Part shown: positions 23,581 to 35,899 of the stretch, in pieces | Numbering within the stretch: the stretch's first letter is position 1 | How the letters are laid out: the number at the start of each line of letters is the position of its first letter | Assembly: GCF_001194135.2 (NCBI RefSeq) | Contig: NC_068981.1 | Coordinates: forward strand, 65,187,795-65,251,794 | Source of the DNA: Octopus bimaculoides | Taxonomy: Eukaryota | Direction of reading: 5' to 3' | Length of the DNA: 64,000 nt | Position numbers and translations under genes: made by a program | The notes under the pieces: model-generated | Told to the model about the DNA's origin: nothing | What the model saw: the letters and a program-made list of their open reading frames with translations, nothing else | Databases searched by the model: none

Positions 23581-26500
23581 TAATAATAACAAGGGATTGG
23601 CAAAACACCTCACTAGGTACTGAAAATAGACGCCAAATGGCACTAAAACCACCTTAAAAACTCTAAGAACACAGGTTGTAGTCAAGCAAAAGAAGGATAA
23701 TAAATTAAACTTTTGGTTAATTGCATATAAGATCTCATTTCAAGCTAAAGGTAAAAAAATATACCTACTGCTATCATCAGCGTTGATGATAAAGGTATTT
23801 TTTACCTTTAGTTTGAAATGAGATCTTATACGCGATTAACCAAAAGTTTAATTTATTATCTTTCTTTTGCTTGACTATAACCTGTGTTCTTAGAGTTTTT
23901 AAGGTGGTTTTAGCGCCATTTGTCATCTTTTTTCAGCGCGTGGTGAAGCGTTTTGCCAATCTCTGTTATAATTATGTATATAATTATTAATATAATATTT
24001 GGAAAATTTACCTATAAGGTTTTTTTATTTTCATGCTAACCTGATAAAATCATAAATGGTTTTATCCTTTGTTACATAATTTATGTGTGTGTGTGTGTGT
24101 GTGTGTATATGGAACATATGACTTACCTAAAGTGAAATCTGGAGGTTGGAAATCAATACATTTGATTCCATAAAGAATTGTAGGAGTATATTCTTGTGTT
24201 GGTCGCACTAATCCTTTCGATGCTAGCTCATAAGCTTCTTGGCTCTGTAAATCTACTTTTGCATATCTGGAATTAGTAAGAAAGATAACAGGTTTGATTA
24301 ACAAATATGACTATTTCACTTGGCCTTCTAAGATATTTGAGTATGGCTTGAAATGACAACTTTCACTAAACTAATCCTGACCCACCTGAACAGAGATCAA
24401 TAGCAAAAAAAAAAAAAAATTTATCATTTTATATTGAAAGCATGTTCTCAGCCAACCTCTGAAAATAAACAAAAATTAAAAGTTTCATGGAAAAATAGGT
24501 GTTAAATTAACAATATCCGTTTTGTGACAATTCAAATCAATGAGAGTGCCTCTATATAACTACTCAGCTTATAAAGAATAAGTCAAATTTCTTTCAATTT
24601 CAATCCTACTATCATAAAAAAAAAAAAAAATGGCTGGTCACAGCCGGAATGCCTTTGATTACAGGTCATTACAGTTAGGATTGACACAGGACTAAAATGT
24701 CTATCTTTTTTGTAAGTTTTGGTTACAAAAATTCGGTTTGCATGCCAGAAAATACAGCATTTTTAACTATAATATACTGTATCAGGTGACATAAGTACAG
24801 GGAATTTAATCTGGGAAGCTATCATTTCTGCTACTCCTCTCTCCAGACATTCTCTCAAAAACAATGGGAAAATACCAGTGAGTTTCGGGTTTTAGATGAT
24901 TTTAAGACATGACTTCAAAATCTATTATACTAAAGTATTTGTGTTGCATAGTCAAGGCAAATTAATTGGATTGACTCGGTTTCTATAGTGGGAAAATATG
25001 TTCCATTTGTACCTCACAGCTAAGTAGCAATGAGAAAGTGTAACAAATACGGAGAATAAATGCACAAGCAATGCCAAAAACAAAAAGCATCTGAGAGATA
25101 AAATTAAAATGGAAAAATGGATGGCAAATAGGAAACTTACATAAACATCTGCCTCTGATGTTGAGCTTGAGCTGCAGCACAAACTTTGTCCAACATTGAC
25201 CTCTTTATATGATCTGAAACAAAAATATATGTACATGTGTATTTCTCTTTCTCTCTCTCTACCACACATATACATACACACACATATAGATATCATCATC
25301 GTCGTCGTCATCGTTAGCTTTCCATGCTGGCATAGGTTGGACGGCTTGACTGAGGACTGGCAAACCAGAAGGCTGCACAAGGCTCCAATCTGATCTGGTA
25401 AAGTTTCTACAGCTGGCAGGTAGGTAGGTAGGTAGGTAGGTGGATTGAGTGATATAGATGTGTATGTGGATCATCTTGACAAAGAGTAACTTACGTTGCA
25501 ACGTGCAGAGTTCCATGTCTAGCTCATACATTCTAATGTTTGCTTGGTTTCTATATCTGGATGTACTTCTTATGATGAACCACTTTACAAAGTATACCGA
25601 GTGCATTTTATCATGCTATTGGCATTAGAAGTTGTCCCATGGGAGAAGACTACAGAATCCCTTCTATTCTGTATTAATTTGGATTTGGCCAACAGCCAAG
25701 AAATGCAAAAATAAAAATATGAACTCCACCAGCTGTAAAGTGAGGGTGAGCTTTCTAATGATACAAAATTATACACGCAAATTTGATTCTTGTAGGTGGA
25801 GATTTAACTCATGTGTTACACTATCTTTGTTACAATTAATTCTGAAGAATTTGGTAAAATAACTTTGTTACTAAAACTGAAATTTTGATGAAGAGTTTTA
25901 ATTTAGATCATTTTAAAACAGGAAGTTTGTTTCAAAGAATTAGTGCTAGCCTTGGAAAGTTTGGCATCAAAATTTCCTTGAGTGCCTGGAAGTCTTCTCT
26001 GTTGCAAACATTTACAGTCTCTGCTCTGAGGATAACTTGATGTACTGTTCCTTACTGTAGCAACCCATGTCCCAAGGTATCTTCTTCTATCCAGGCCTTT
26101 AGACCCCTGCAAAAGGGTTACAGGTGGTGTCCCTTTCTCCTCTGACTAAGTCATAAAAAATACAAAAAAATATATATTTTGCCTGGCTAGCGACAAATAA
26201 CAGTGAAAACTCCCTAAAAATAATCCCTGTCATCTTAAAAAGGACATGTACTGGAGTTCCTTCCAAACAGGTAAAAAGTCAGAATGATCATAGCTGAAAT
26301 GCTTTGGATTAAATGCCTGCCCTATCAGGACTGACCTGGGGCTAAACGGCAAAACCATCTTCTACATGAGTTAACATTCAATCCAGTAAAAAGCTAGATC
26401 AGCCTTGTATTATTAGGTCAGATACAAAGCTTAATTTCTGACCCAAGGTCCTCTGAAGGATATGAAATGTTTTTGTTTTTTGTCATTTCAGTATGTAAAA

Positions 26501-26745
26501 TAAAAAACAAATAAGAAAAATAAAAGGGAAACTGATACATACGATAAGAGATTTTCTGAAGAAGGCGTCCACGTGTTGAAAAGTCTTCAGTGACCTTCCC
26601 AAACTGGCCTTTGACATGATATACCTAAATATATATAAAAAGAAAAATACAATAATAGGATAAACTCTTATATAAGAATTTATCATGTAGTTATCGTGAA
26701 AAAAATTCATAGGGAAGAATTTATCGTTTTTCCCTAAATCATATT

Positions 26746-26778
<33 letters not shown>

Positions 26779-29700
26779 NNNNNNNNNNNNNNNNNNNNNN
26801 NNNNNNNNNNNNNNNNNNNNNNNNNNNNNNNNNNNNNNNNNNNNNNNNNNNNNNNNNNNNNNNNNNNNNNNNNNNNNNNNNNNNNNNNNNNNNNNNNNNN
26901 NNNNNNNNNNNNNNNNNNNNNNNNNNNNNNNNNNNNNNNNNNNNNNNNNNNNNNNNNNNNNNNNNNNNNNNNNNNNNNNNNNNNNNNNNNNNNNNNNNNN
27001 NNNNNNNNNNNNNNNNNNNNATATATATATATATATATATATAAATAAAAAAAAATACATAAATACATACACAGATTTATACCAGCTTGAGTCAAAAGTT
27101 TTTTTCAGATTTACAATGATGATTTTTAGCAACTTGTCTCTCCATGTTATATTATTAATTTGATTAAAATTGAAATGAAGGACAACATTTGCATGATGGT
27201 GGTACTTGTTTATAATGGTGCAAGTATGGCTATAATGGCACAGGTGTGGCTACAGGTTAAGAAGCTTGCTTGCCAACGATGTGGTCTTGAGTTCAGTTTC
27301 ACTGAGTTGTGCCAAGGGCAATAGTCTTCTACTATAGCCCCAGGCGAACCAAAGCCTTGTAAGTGGATTTGGGCTACAGAAACTGAAACAAGTTCATCGT
27401 ATTTGTGAGTTTATGTGTATGCTTGTCTAGACATCATGTAATGATTGTAAATGAACACCAGCATCATATAAGTGAGGTTTATTCATTTCTAGTCATCATC
27501 ATCGTCATTTAACGTCTGCTTTCCATGCTTGCATGGGTTGGGTGTTTGACTGAAGGTTGGCAAGCTTGAAGGCTGCACCAGCTCCAATCTGATCTGGCAA
27601 AGTTTCTACAGCTGGGTGCCCTTCCTAACGACAACCACTCTGAGAGCGTAATGGGTGCTTTTATCTGCCACCAGCATGAGGGCCAGTCAGGTGGTACTGG
27701 TATTGACCACGCTCAAATGGTGCTTTTTACATGCCACCTGCACAGGAGTCAGTCCAGCGGCACTGGCAACAACCACGCTTGAATGGTGTTTTTTATGTAC
27801 CACCGGTACAAAAGCCAGTCAGGCAACACTGGCAATGATCACGCTTGAATGGTACTTTTTAAGTGCTACTGGCATGGGAGCCAGTCAGAAGCCCTGACAA
27901 CAATCACACTCGAATGGTGCTTTTTAAGTGTTACTGGCATGGGAACCAGTCAGCGGCCCTGGCAACGCTCATGCTCTATGTTCGAAATTTACTTACTTGT
28001 CTGTAAAATACTGACCAATAGTTCACTTGTCAAATTTGATAATCTTAGACAGATAAAAGATTAGTGCAAGGGGTTTTCTTTATAGTAAGAAAGATTTACA
28101 TGCATGCATATCAGACTCACTCTTTCATTCTTACACAATACATTCTTATACTGCAAACTTCAGGCAAGTTCTCATGTGAAGATTGCAGTTGCATGAAACT
28201 CAATTGAGGAGATAAAAATTCAGCTGCAACAAACCAATAACACGTATTGAGTACTCCTCTCTCATTCAGTCAACATAATTCAACATGTTTGTCTGTGTGT
28301 TCATTGAAAGGGAAAAAGTGTACTCTTACTATTCAAAGTTTTAAACTGCTTTTCAGTCTAGTTGTTTTAGTGGAGATTCTATACTACACTGTATTGTACA
28401 ATAAGATATATTATACTTACACGTAGAAATTGACAGCTCTTTAAGACATTAATTGTGTTAATGCCTTTCTGAATTCCTATAACTGGAAAGAGGAAAAAAT
28501 TAAATTGTAATATATGTTAACATAGAAAAACAACTAGTTTGTTATGTCCAGAGGATGTAGCTAGCAAAGTGAAAGTTAGTAATAAGTTCAGTGAGGAATC
28601 TAGCATGCAGTTAGCATCCAGCAAGGCTTGGTTCTCAGTCTCCTTTACTCTATTATTGTCCACCAGGCCAGGAGATAGATGCTTAAGACTGACTACCCAC
28701 AGTAAGTCCTGTGTGCCAATATCCTAGTTCTTACAGCCGAATCTGGTGAAGTAGCTTTTTAAAAATTCCAAATTCAGGCATGGGTGAGGCTATGTAGTAA
28801 GAAGTTTGCTTCTTAACCACAGGATTCCGAGTTCAGTCTTACTGACCTTGAGCAAATGTTTTCTGCTATAACCTCAGGCTAATCAAAGCATTGTGTGTAG
28901 ATTTAGTAAATGGAAACTGAAAGAAGCCCATTGTATATATACATACATATATGTATCGATGTGTTTCTTTGAGTCTGTGTTTGTCTTCCACCACTGTTTG
29001 ACAACCAGTTTTGGTGTGTTCATGTAACTGTAACTTAACAGTTCGGCAAAAGAGACTGACAGAATAAGTACCAGGCTTAAAAAATAAGTACTGGGGCCAA
29101 TTCACTCAACTAAAAATTCTTCAAGGCAGTGCTCCAGCATGGCTGCAGTCTAATGACTGAAACAAGTAAAAGAATAAAAGATAACAGATCCGGAAGCAAA
29201 AGCTTGAATTAAAAGACCATAAAGTAATCTTAGCAAAGACCAAAGTTTTAGCAGGAACCAGTCACTGGTCATGCTCTGAATGCAAACAAGGAATAGGTAG
29301 AAATTCTATACGATGTACCCAGTGTGAACAATGGATAGAAAAAGGGTTTAGTGCAAACATAGGCAGATCGACATGGAAAGTTGACATCTTATGTGGAAAG
29401 ACACAGGAATAGTGTGTGAGATAAATTCTTTCAAATGCTTGAAAGGCTAAGTAGAAGTAGTGGACGGTTTGAACTAATTAACAATGAAGATGGGGTTTCG
29501 AATTCATGACAACAAGAGAAAGAACAGAGTAGAAAAAGTTGAGGAAGTTGTTATCTCTCTCAGCGAATGGTAGATTCTATGATGCTTGTTTACAAAGCAC
29601 AATGATATTACAGAGGATAGCAGGCTTGATCCTTGACTGTAGATCTGTGAAGACAGGAAGGAAATGAAACAAAGCATGCTCCACTGGATGTGTAACGTTA

Positions 29701-32700
29701 GTGTAAATCAAAAATGGAACACAAACAAGTTGAACAAAAGAACTAAATATAAGCGCAGGCATGGCTGTGTGGTAAGAAGCTTGTTTCCCAACCACATGGT
29801 TCCAGGTTCAGTCTCACTGCATGGCACCTTGGTCAAGTGTCTTCTACTGTAGCCTCTGGCCAACCAAAGTCTTGTGAGTGGATTTGGTAGACGGAAACTG
29901 AAAGAGGCCCATTGTATATATGTATATATTTATGTGTGTGTTTTTGTGTCTATGTTTGTCACTCCACCCCATCGCTTGACAACCAATGTTGCCATATTTA
30001 CATACCTGTAACTTAGTGTTTCAGCAAAAGAGATTGATAGAATAAATACTAGGCTTACAAAGAATAAGTCCTAAGGTTGATTTTTTTTTTTTACTAAAAA
30101 CCCTTTAAGGTGGTACTCCAGCATGTCCACAGTCAAATGACTGAAACAAGTAAAAGAATGAAAGAATAAGAGGAATTGGTCGTAGTATGCAGGAGAGAAA
30201 GACTGTGCCAGGAAGGACATATTACACTTAAAGAAGACATCGGTTGTATAAAGAGCTGAGCATACAAGCAGACAGAACCTGCATGAGAGATAAACTAAGG
30301 AACATATGGGAAGGAGTGGTGAAGTCTAATCTCAAGACACTAAACCTCACAAAGGAGATGTTAAAAAAATCACAACAAATGGCAAAATACTGAGCTATAG
30401 AAGACCTTCTATATTTTTTTCTATCAGCTGCTTGTTCTAGCTCTCTTCCTACCCAGTAAAGTGGGAAAGAAAGGGATGAATGAACAGAGACAACACAAGG
30501 AAAAGTGAACTCTCTTTGGTCTTGCCAAAGACAAGATAGCTCTCTGATGTAGGTGAACTAGCAAACGGAGGCTATGTTGGAGAGAGTGTACCTATCAGAC
30601 TCAGAGTTACATGTGAAGAGGTTCGACCTCTTCTCCACACCAAAACAAAATTTAAAAAACAAAACTGGTATGTGATCTTGGTGACATTTCATTTTGTATT
30701 CCCTCTATTCAACTCTGTATACCCACCTAGAAGAACTGTGACTCCTCTGCTGTTCAGAAGATAGCCAGTTAGAAAGATAAATCACTCAGAATAAACCCGT
30801 TATACTGTGAAGAGAAAGTATTGTAATATTTGCAGAAGAGAGACACGGCTCAGAGTTCTACATATAAAGGCAGCCTTTCCAGAACAGCATCTCTGAAGCA
30901 AAACTGAGAAGACATTTTGTCTTATTAGAGATCTTTGATGTCAGTGCTGCAATAAATATATCTTATCCATCCTGTTAATGGTTGATGATAGAAAAGGTAG
31001 AGTCAATTAATTATGCAGCACACTAGATCAGTTTGAAAGTTAAAATTAAAAATAAAAAAAAATAAAAATAAATCAGAAAATAGATATTTTAATTTACCTG
31101 TTACTCCTGAAGAATATCTTCCCAAACCATTACAGTATTTTAAAGGTATATCTGATTTGATGTATCTTGGACCCAAAACTGAAAATAAATTTATACATGT
31201 ATCATTAAAATCTCATCACTATGCCACTTAACAAGCAGTGAAAGGACAGTATTAAGTTCCTGGCAAACGATTTGTAAAGTAAGTATGATTCCTGGTTGAG
31301 TCATTTCATTTCTCTTGCAATTCATGATTGTGATTTGTGGACGGTAAACCCTTTAGCATTTAAATCAGCCAAAGCAACATCCGAACGTGGTCAATGCCAG
31401 GTGTGCCTGACTGGCTCTCGAGCTGGTGACACATAAAAAGCACCAACCGAATGTGGCCAATTCCAGTACCCCCAGACTGGCTCCCGTGCAGGTGGCACGC
31501 AAAAAGCACCATCCGAACATGACCAATACCAGGTCAGCCTGACTGACTCCCATGCCAGTGGCATAAAAGCACCAACCGAACGTGGCCAATGCCAGTAACC
31601 CCAGACTGGCTCCCATGCCAGTGGCACGTAAAAAGCACCATCTGAACGTAATCGTTGCCAGGCCTACCTGACTGGCTCCTGTGCCGGCAGCACATAAAAA
31701 GCACTCACTACACTCTCAGAGTGGTTGATGTTAGGAAGGGCATCCAGCTGTAGAAACATTGCCAGATCAGATTGGAGCCTGGTGCAGCTGCTGGTTCTCC
31801 AGACCGCAGTCAAAACTGTCCAACCCATGCCAGCATGGAAAACGGACGTTAAGCGATGATGATGATGATGATGATATCTAACCTTAGTATTCTACTTGTT
31901 TTATGTTCAAATTAGCTATATCCAGCCTCTCACACCTACCCTGTTATTATGAAAATAAACAATCACATCTGTGAAATCTCAAAACCACAAGATAATACAT
32001 GATTTATTTAAAACAATATGAAAAAATAAGCATTACATTTGACAGAGTAATTTGAAACTCAAGGGTTAATAATCAGGCGATATATGGACTCTGCCAGGTT
32101 AATTTGACTAAATTCATAAAGCTTTTAGAAGTGAACAGATCATTGGTAACAGATTAGAAGGTTTGCTAAAGCATTTGACACAATACCATCAGTATTTGTT
32201 CTGGTTCTTTACATGCTGAGTTCACATCCTACTGAGGTTAACTTTGGGTGAATCCTTTGGATCAATGGCCAAGTGGGATTTGGGGTTCAAGAAAATAAAG
32301 TACCAGCCTTGAATGACAGTTTGGCAGAATTGTTACAAGTGTTCACAAAATGTTTTGGGAGATTTATTTCAGCCCTTTACATATCTGAAGTGAAGCCAAC
32401 AAGACGGTGATTATCTGTAAAAAATAACTGCAACGGAAAATCATCCTTGTATTCTCCCATGGCAAATTAACAGAGTCAACTCCCTGTACTCTGAGTTCAA
32501 ATCCTGCTAAAGTCAACTTTGTCTTTCATTCTTTCAATGTCAATACAAAAGTTCCACCAGCCCAAGGTGGTAGATTGGTAAAAAAAAAAACAGGTATATG
32601 GTTATATCATATACCTGTCTTCCATCATATATGTAGTCAATCAGGAATGACCTGAGATTAAACAACAACAACAACAACCAAAACTAGACTGAGGTATTGC

Positions 32701-33597
32701 ATTACCAATACAACTGAAGTAGACTAACTGGTTACAGCTCCCAAAACTAAACCCAGGTTGAAGACATAGATCACCTTAACTTGATATTTTTCCCTATAGT
32801 AGTTAGGACAGCTATAAGATAATTTTCTTTTCTTTTAAACATAAATTTTAAAAAATATAAACAAATATTTAACATGATGACTTACCAAGTCTGTGATCTG
32901 TGAGATCAGTCAGACCAACAGGTTCTGTTCCAGTAGCTGGTAAAGTGGATCCAGTTTCAAAAGAAATTTCTTGCTTTTTCATCTCATGCTTATAACAAGG
33001 TAATTCATTTAGAGCTGAAAAGTGGAGAAAAATAACACATATATAATGCATTCACATATACACACGACATATATATATATATATACATACCTGAGTAAGC
33101 ACATAAATGTGAAACAAGGTGGGAAAAAAATAGTACTCAAATACTGGAGGCAAAGTAATATGCTTTATTGTTAATGCTGCAAAAACATCACAAAAACATC
33201 ACAAAAGACTGCAACTCAGAGCTTCATGTTCCCATTCATTGGGCAGTTGTGATCAAGAATGGAATCTTGATTACAACAGCCTAATGAACAGGAACAGGAA
33301 ATTCTGAGTAGCAGTTTTTTGTGATATCTTTGTTTTTGCAGCTTTAATAATAAAGTATACACACACACACACACACATATCCAAAACACAAACCATATGT
33401 ATACATATACTCAGTGAAATGATGAAATATTTTTTCAAATTCAGATTTAAGAAATGAAAAAAGAAACATCACTCACCGTTAGAAATATTAAATTTGAGGG
33501 TATCAAATAATCTCTGCATTGAAACATCTTCAGGTTTATAAATACAGAATACTCCATGAAGTCTTCGGTATACAGAAGGTGACCAGTCTAACTTCAT
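21421..33597 (-). CDS. TRUB2: Mitochondrial TruB-family pseudouridine synthase 2 homolog; complement(join(33477-33597,32886-33014,31098-31178,28421-28482,26543-26624,25141-25213,24127-24266,21421-21719)); 987 nt, 328 aa
   Basis: Eight GT-AG exons with consistent phases give an uninterrupted ORF matching human TRUB2 along its length by eye (RLHGVFCIYKP; LGPRY; SSGVTVIGI; YHVKGQFGKVTEDFSTRG; DLQSQEAYELASKGLVRP; GIKCIDFQPPDFTLE; LIHNIGLQLKSGAICTQIRCIRNGYFTLEHALLR). Confidence 0.95.
23580..23977. repeat. ~400-bp foldback palindrome (two ~195-bp arms, 4-nt loop)
   Basis: Centre TATCATCA-GCGT-TGATGATA at 23772-23791; arms roughly 85-90% identical by eye. Confidence 0.9.
24127..24266 (-). CDS. TRUB2: TRUB2 coding exon 7
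   Basis: ttccag|ATATGCA...TTAG|gtaagt; YAKVDLQSQEAYELASKGLVRPTQEYTPTILYGIKCIDFQPPDFTL. Confidence 0.95.
25141..25213 (-). CDS. TRUB2: TRUB2 coding exon 6
   Basis: tttgtttcag|ATCATA...TTTAT|gtaagt; HIKRSMLDKVCAAAQAQHQRQMF. Confidence 0.92.
26543..26624 (-). CDS. TRUB2: TRUB2 coding exon 5
   Basis: atttag|GTATAT...TATC|gtatgt; VYHVKGQFGKVTEDFSTRGRLLQKISY. Confidence 0.93.
28421..28482 (-). CDS. TRUB2: TRUB2 coding exon 4
   Basis: ctctttccag|TTATAG...CTACGT|gtaagt; IGIQKGINTINVLKSCQFLR. Confidence 0.9.
29190..30400 (+). mobile_element. Decayed RTE LINE ORF2 3' part interrupted by a SINE A copy (29755-30170)
   Basis: GRNSIRCTQCEQW..., then RTE-like C-terminal remnants after the SINE. Confidence 0.55.
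31098..31178 (-). CDS. TRUB2: TRUB2 coding exon 3 (motif II region)
   Basis: attttcag|TTTTGG...AACAG|gtaaat; LGPRYIKSDIPLKYCNGLGRYSSGVT. Confidence 0.92.
31372..31874 (+). mobile_element. RTE 3'UTR fragment with ~5 tandem ~60-65 bp units and (GAT)n tail, inserted in MITE D (other copies 22260-22506, 27490-27990 -, 60955-61335 -)
   Basis: Units of the type gactggctcccgtgccggtggcacgtaaaaagcacc; shared 3' core cactacactctcggagtggttggcgttaggaagggcatccagctgtagaaac. Confidence 0.85.
32886..33014 (-). CDS. TRUB2: TRUB2 coding exon 2
   Basis: cttttcag|CTCTAA...CTTG|gtaagt; LNELPCYKHEMKKQEISFETGSTLPATGTEPVGLTDLTDHRL. Confidence 0.9.
33109..33355. mobile_element. Foldback element with two head-to-head decayed hammerhead motifs
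   Basis: Same family as 13537-13735; motifs at 33208-33247 (-) and 33275-33316 (+); central hairpin GTTGTGATCAAGA/TCTTGATTACAAC. Confidence 0.65.
33477..33597 (-). CDS. TRUB2: TRUB2 first coding exon
   Basis: ATG at 33597; MKLDWSPSVYRRLHGVFCIYKPEDVSMQRLFDTLKFNISN; donor gtgagt; acceptor ttttgcag 8 nt upstream of the ATG implies an upstream exon. Confidence 0.9.
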
Positions 33598-34149
33598 TTC
33601 TTCTTCTGCAAAAGATAAATTTTATTGGTTAGGTTTTATAATTCTAGCAGTAAATTAAATGATTCACCCACTTTGGAACTAGAGGTGAAGCTAATGTTTT
33701 TGTTCTTCACAAGTATACTGGATTGGTTGCACTGATGATACTATACAATGAAACACTACATTGTATTCAGGAAGAAGGCTATGCTTCTGATTAACAAAGA
33801 TTTATTTACCAACATGCTTCAACAACTAACTTATAAAACATAACAATGATGCTTCTCTTTCTTCCTTACCACAATAGCTTGGACAATATGCATTACAGTA
33901 TCTGTTCTGGCTTTGGCATTCTCAGTTTGAATCCCACCATGACCGGTATCACCTTTCACCATTCTCAGGGTTATAGATAAAGTACCAGCATAGACCAGTG
34001 GACTGGCACAACTGTTACAGCATCAGAAGGGAAGCTGTGTAGCATTTCTTCTGAGTCCAAGCCAATCTGTAGCCTACTTGGTTGATAAACTTAATCCACC
34101 ACCACCTGGTCCTTGGGGCTTTAGTATAGTGTATTCCATGATAAGTATT

Positions 34150-34460
34150 CAGGTAAGGTCATTGGTTTGAAGATTCCTTTCTCTTTCTCCTTTCACCAGT
34201 CTCAGAAACCCTGAAAATGTCATGGGCATAGCTTTTCCTCCTGACTCAGCATTTAAGTAAAATGCACCCTCTGCTCATGCCCATGTGTGTCTACTTCTTC
34301 TGTCATTTATATTGTTATACCCTACACTAAACACTATAGTTATTCCTTCTTCCCTAGAACTGCTACATTTTGGAATTATCTCCGTCTTAGCCAATTTTCT
34401 TCCTCAAGATATCAATCTTTCTGTTTCTTTCAGCCATTTTTCATTCACCACTTGATGAAA
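34150..34460 (+). mobile_element. Jockey/CR1-like LINE 3' remnant
   Basis: YSYSFFPRTATFWNYL resembles the conserved non-LTR C-terminal SFFPRTxxxWNxL motif. Confidence 0.5.
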
Positions 34461-35145
34461 CCTCAAGCATGTCTTTGCTGGTTTATACATACTGGTTGTA
34501 TGACAGGCCTACTTGCCCATGCTGGCTAATTGCAGATTGGACAGATTGCTCCTGTGGTCAGACAATTATCCCTACCTATCAATACCTAGACAGTATTTAA
34601 ACTCTTGATGAGAACTAAGTTCTAGGAAGTCAATTTCAGGACCCACACATCAGTATTTCATTCCACCTCACTTAGATTTTCCAATGCCCTTGACAAATGA
34701 AAGAGTATGACAACCACTATCATTCTGCCTTCTGGTTTTAGCTGCTGATAAGGTTACCCATAAACAAATGGTATATTTGGTGAAATAAAAGTAAAGAAGT
34801 ATATAATTCACTAGTGTCAGTACTATTGCTCTATCAAGGACTAAGTCTTTGCCCCCACCACCTCCAGAAAAATGAAGCAAAGCCTTAAATCTAACATCAG
34901 TTCATTTGAATCTAAATGAGAATAGTGATCTTTGAACTTACATTGTCATCATAAACTAATAACAAAATTTATTTTCAAGTGGATTGGGATGAAACAGCAA
35001 ATAAAAGAAGGCAGTGTCAAACAAACATGTTGAATTCAGAGAAGTCTTCATGAACTAAAAATGGTGATTTGGCACAATAGTTACAATGTCAGACGAAATG
35101 CTTTCTGATATTTAGTTTGTTCTTTTATGTTCTGGATCCAACTTC

Positions 35146-35178
<33 letters not shown>

Positions 35179-35899
35179 CATCCTTCCAGAGTCGATAATA
35201 TAATGTATTAGTCAAGTAGTACTAGTGACATTTAATATTCCTATAATGCATCCTAGATGTGATAGCAATTATAAAAGATGATAGAAGTATGGAAAAGGAA
35301 GAATCCGACAAGTAGGGCTATGTACTTCAGGAGAGGTAACAGCTGACATTTCTGGCTGGGTCTATTTTCGAATAAAATAAATACAAAAAAAAAAAAAAAA
35401 AAAAAAAAGAGAGCGGATTAAGTTTGTTGGGTCTTCACACTCGTTATATATAAAGAACTTGCTTTTGTTGATTAGCACCAGATGAAACCTGATCAAGCAG
35501 ATTTTTGATCAAAGCTGTTCCAATTATACCAATTATATCTTATTTGTAGACATTATATCTATAACTACATTATTCAAAGTATCCTTGTTTTAAAGATGGT
35601 AGAGTGATTCGAGGGAAGTTTACTATTTCAATGAAGGTCAAGCGACAACGAAGAGGCTCCCTCGTTAAATATAGGATATTCTAGAAGTGACTAACAGAGA
35701 CAAATTGAAGAATTTTTGGTGTTTATATAGTTTAGTTATAAATGTAGTGAATTTACAGGATACATGCACATAAAAGTACACAGTTTACCAGATCTGCGTA
35801 TTCAATATTATATCTTAACTGCAAATAGCAATAAAATGCAAATATACTCACAAATTTTACTACAATAAGTATGTAAAAAGGAAACAGGATTCATGTGAT

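Noticed and set aside
25495-25556. Cryptic 62-nt minus-strand exon (ccag...gtaagt) in a TRUB2 intron that would add an in-frame stop (poison exon)
   Set aside because: The polypyrimidine tract is poor and there is no transcript evidence.
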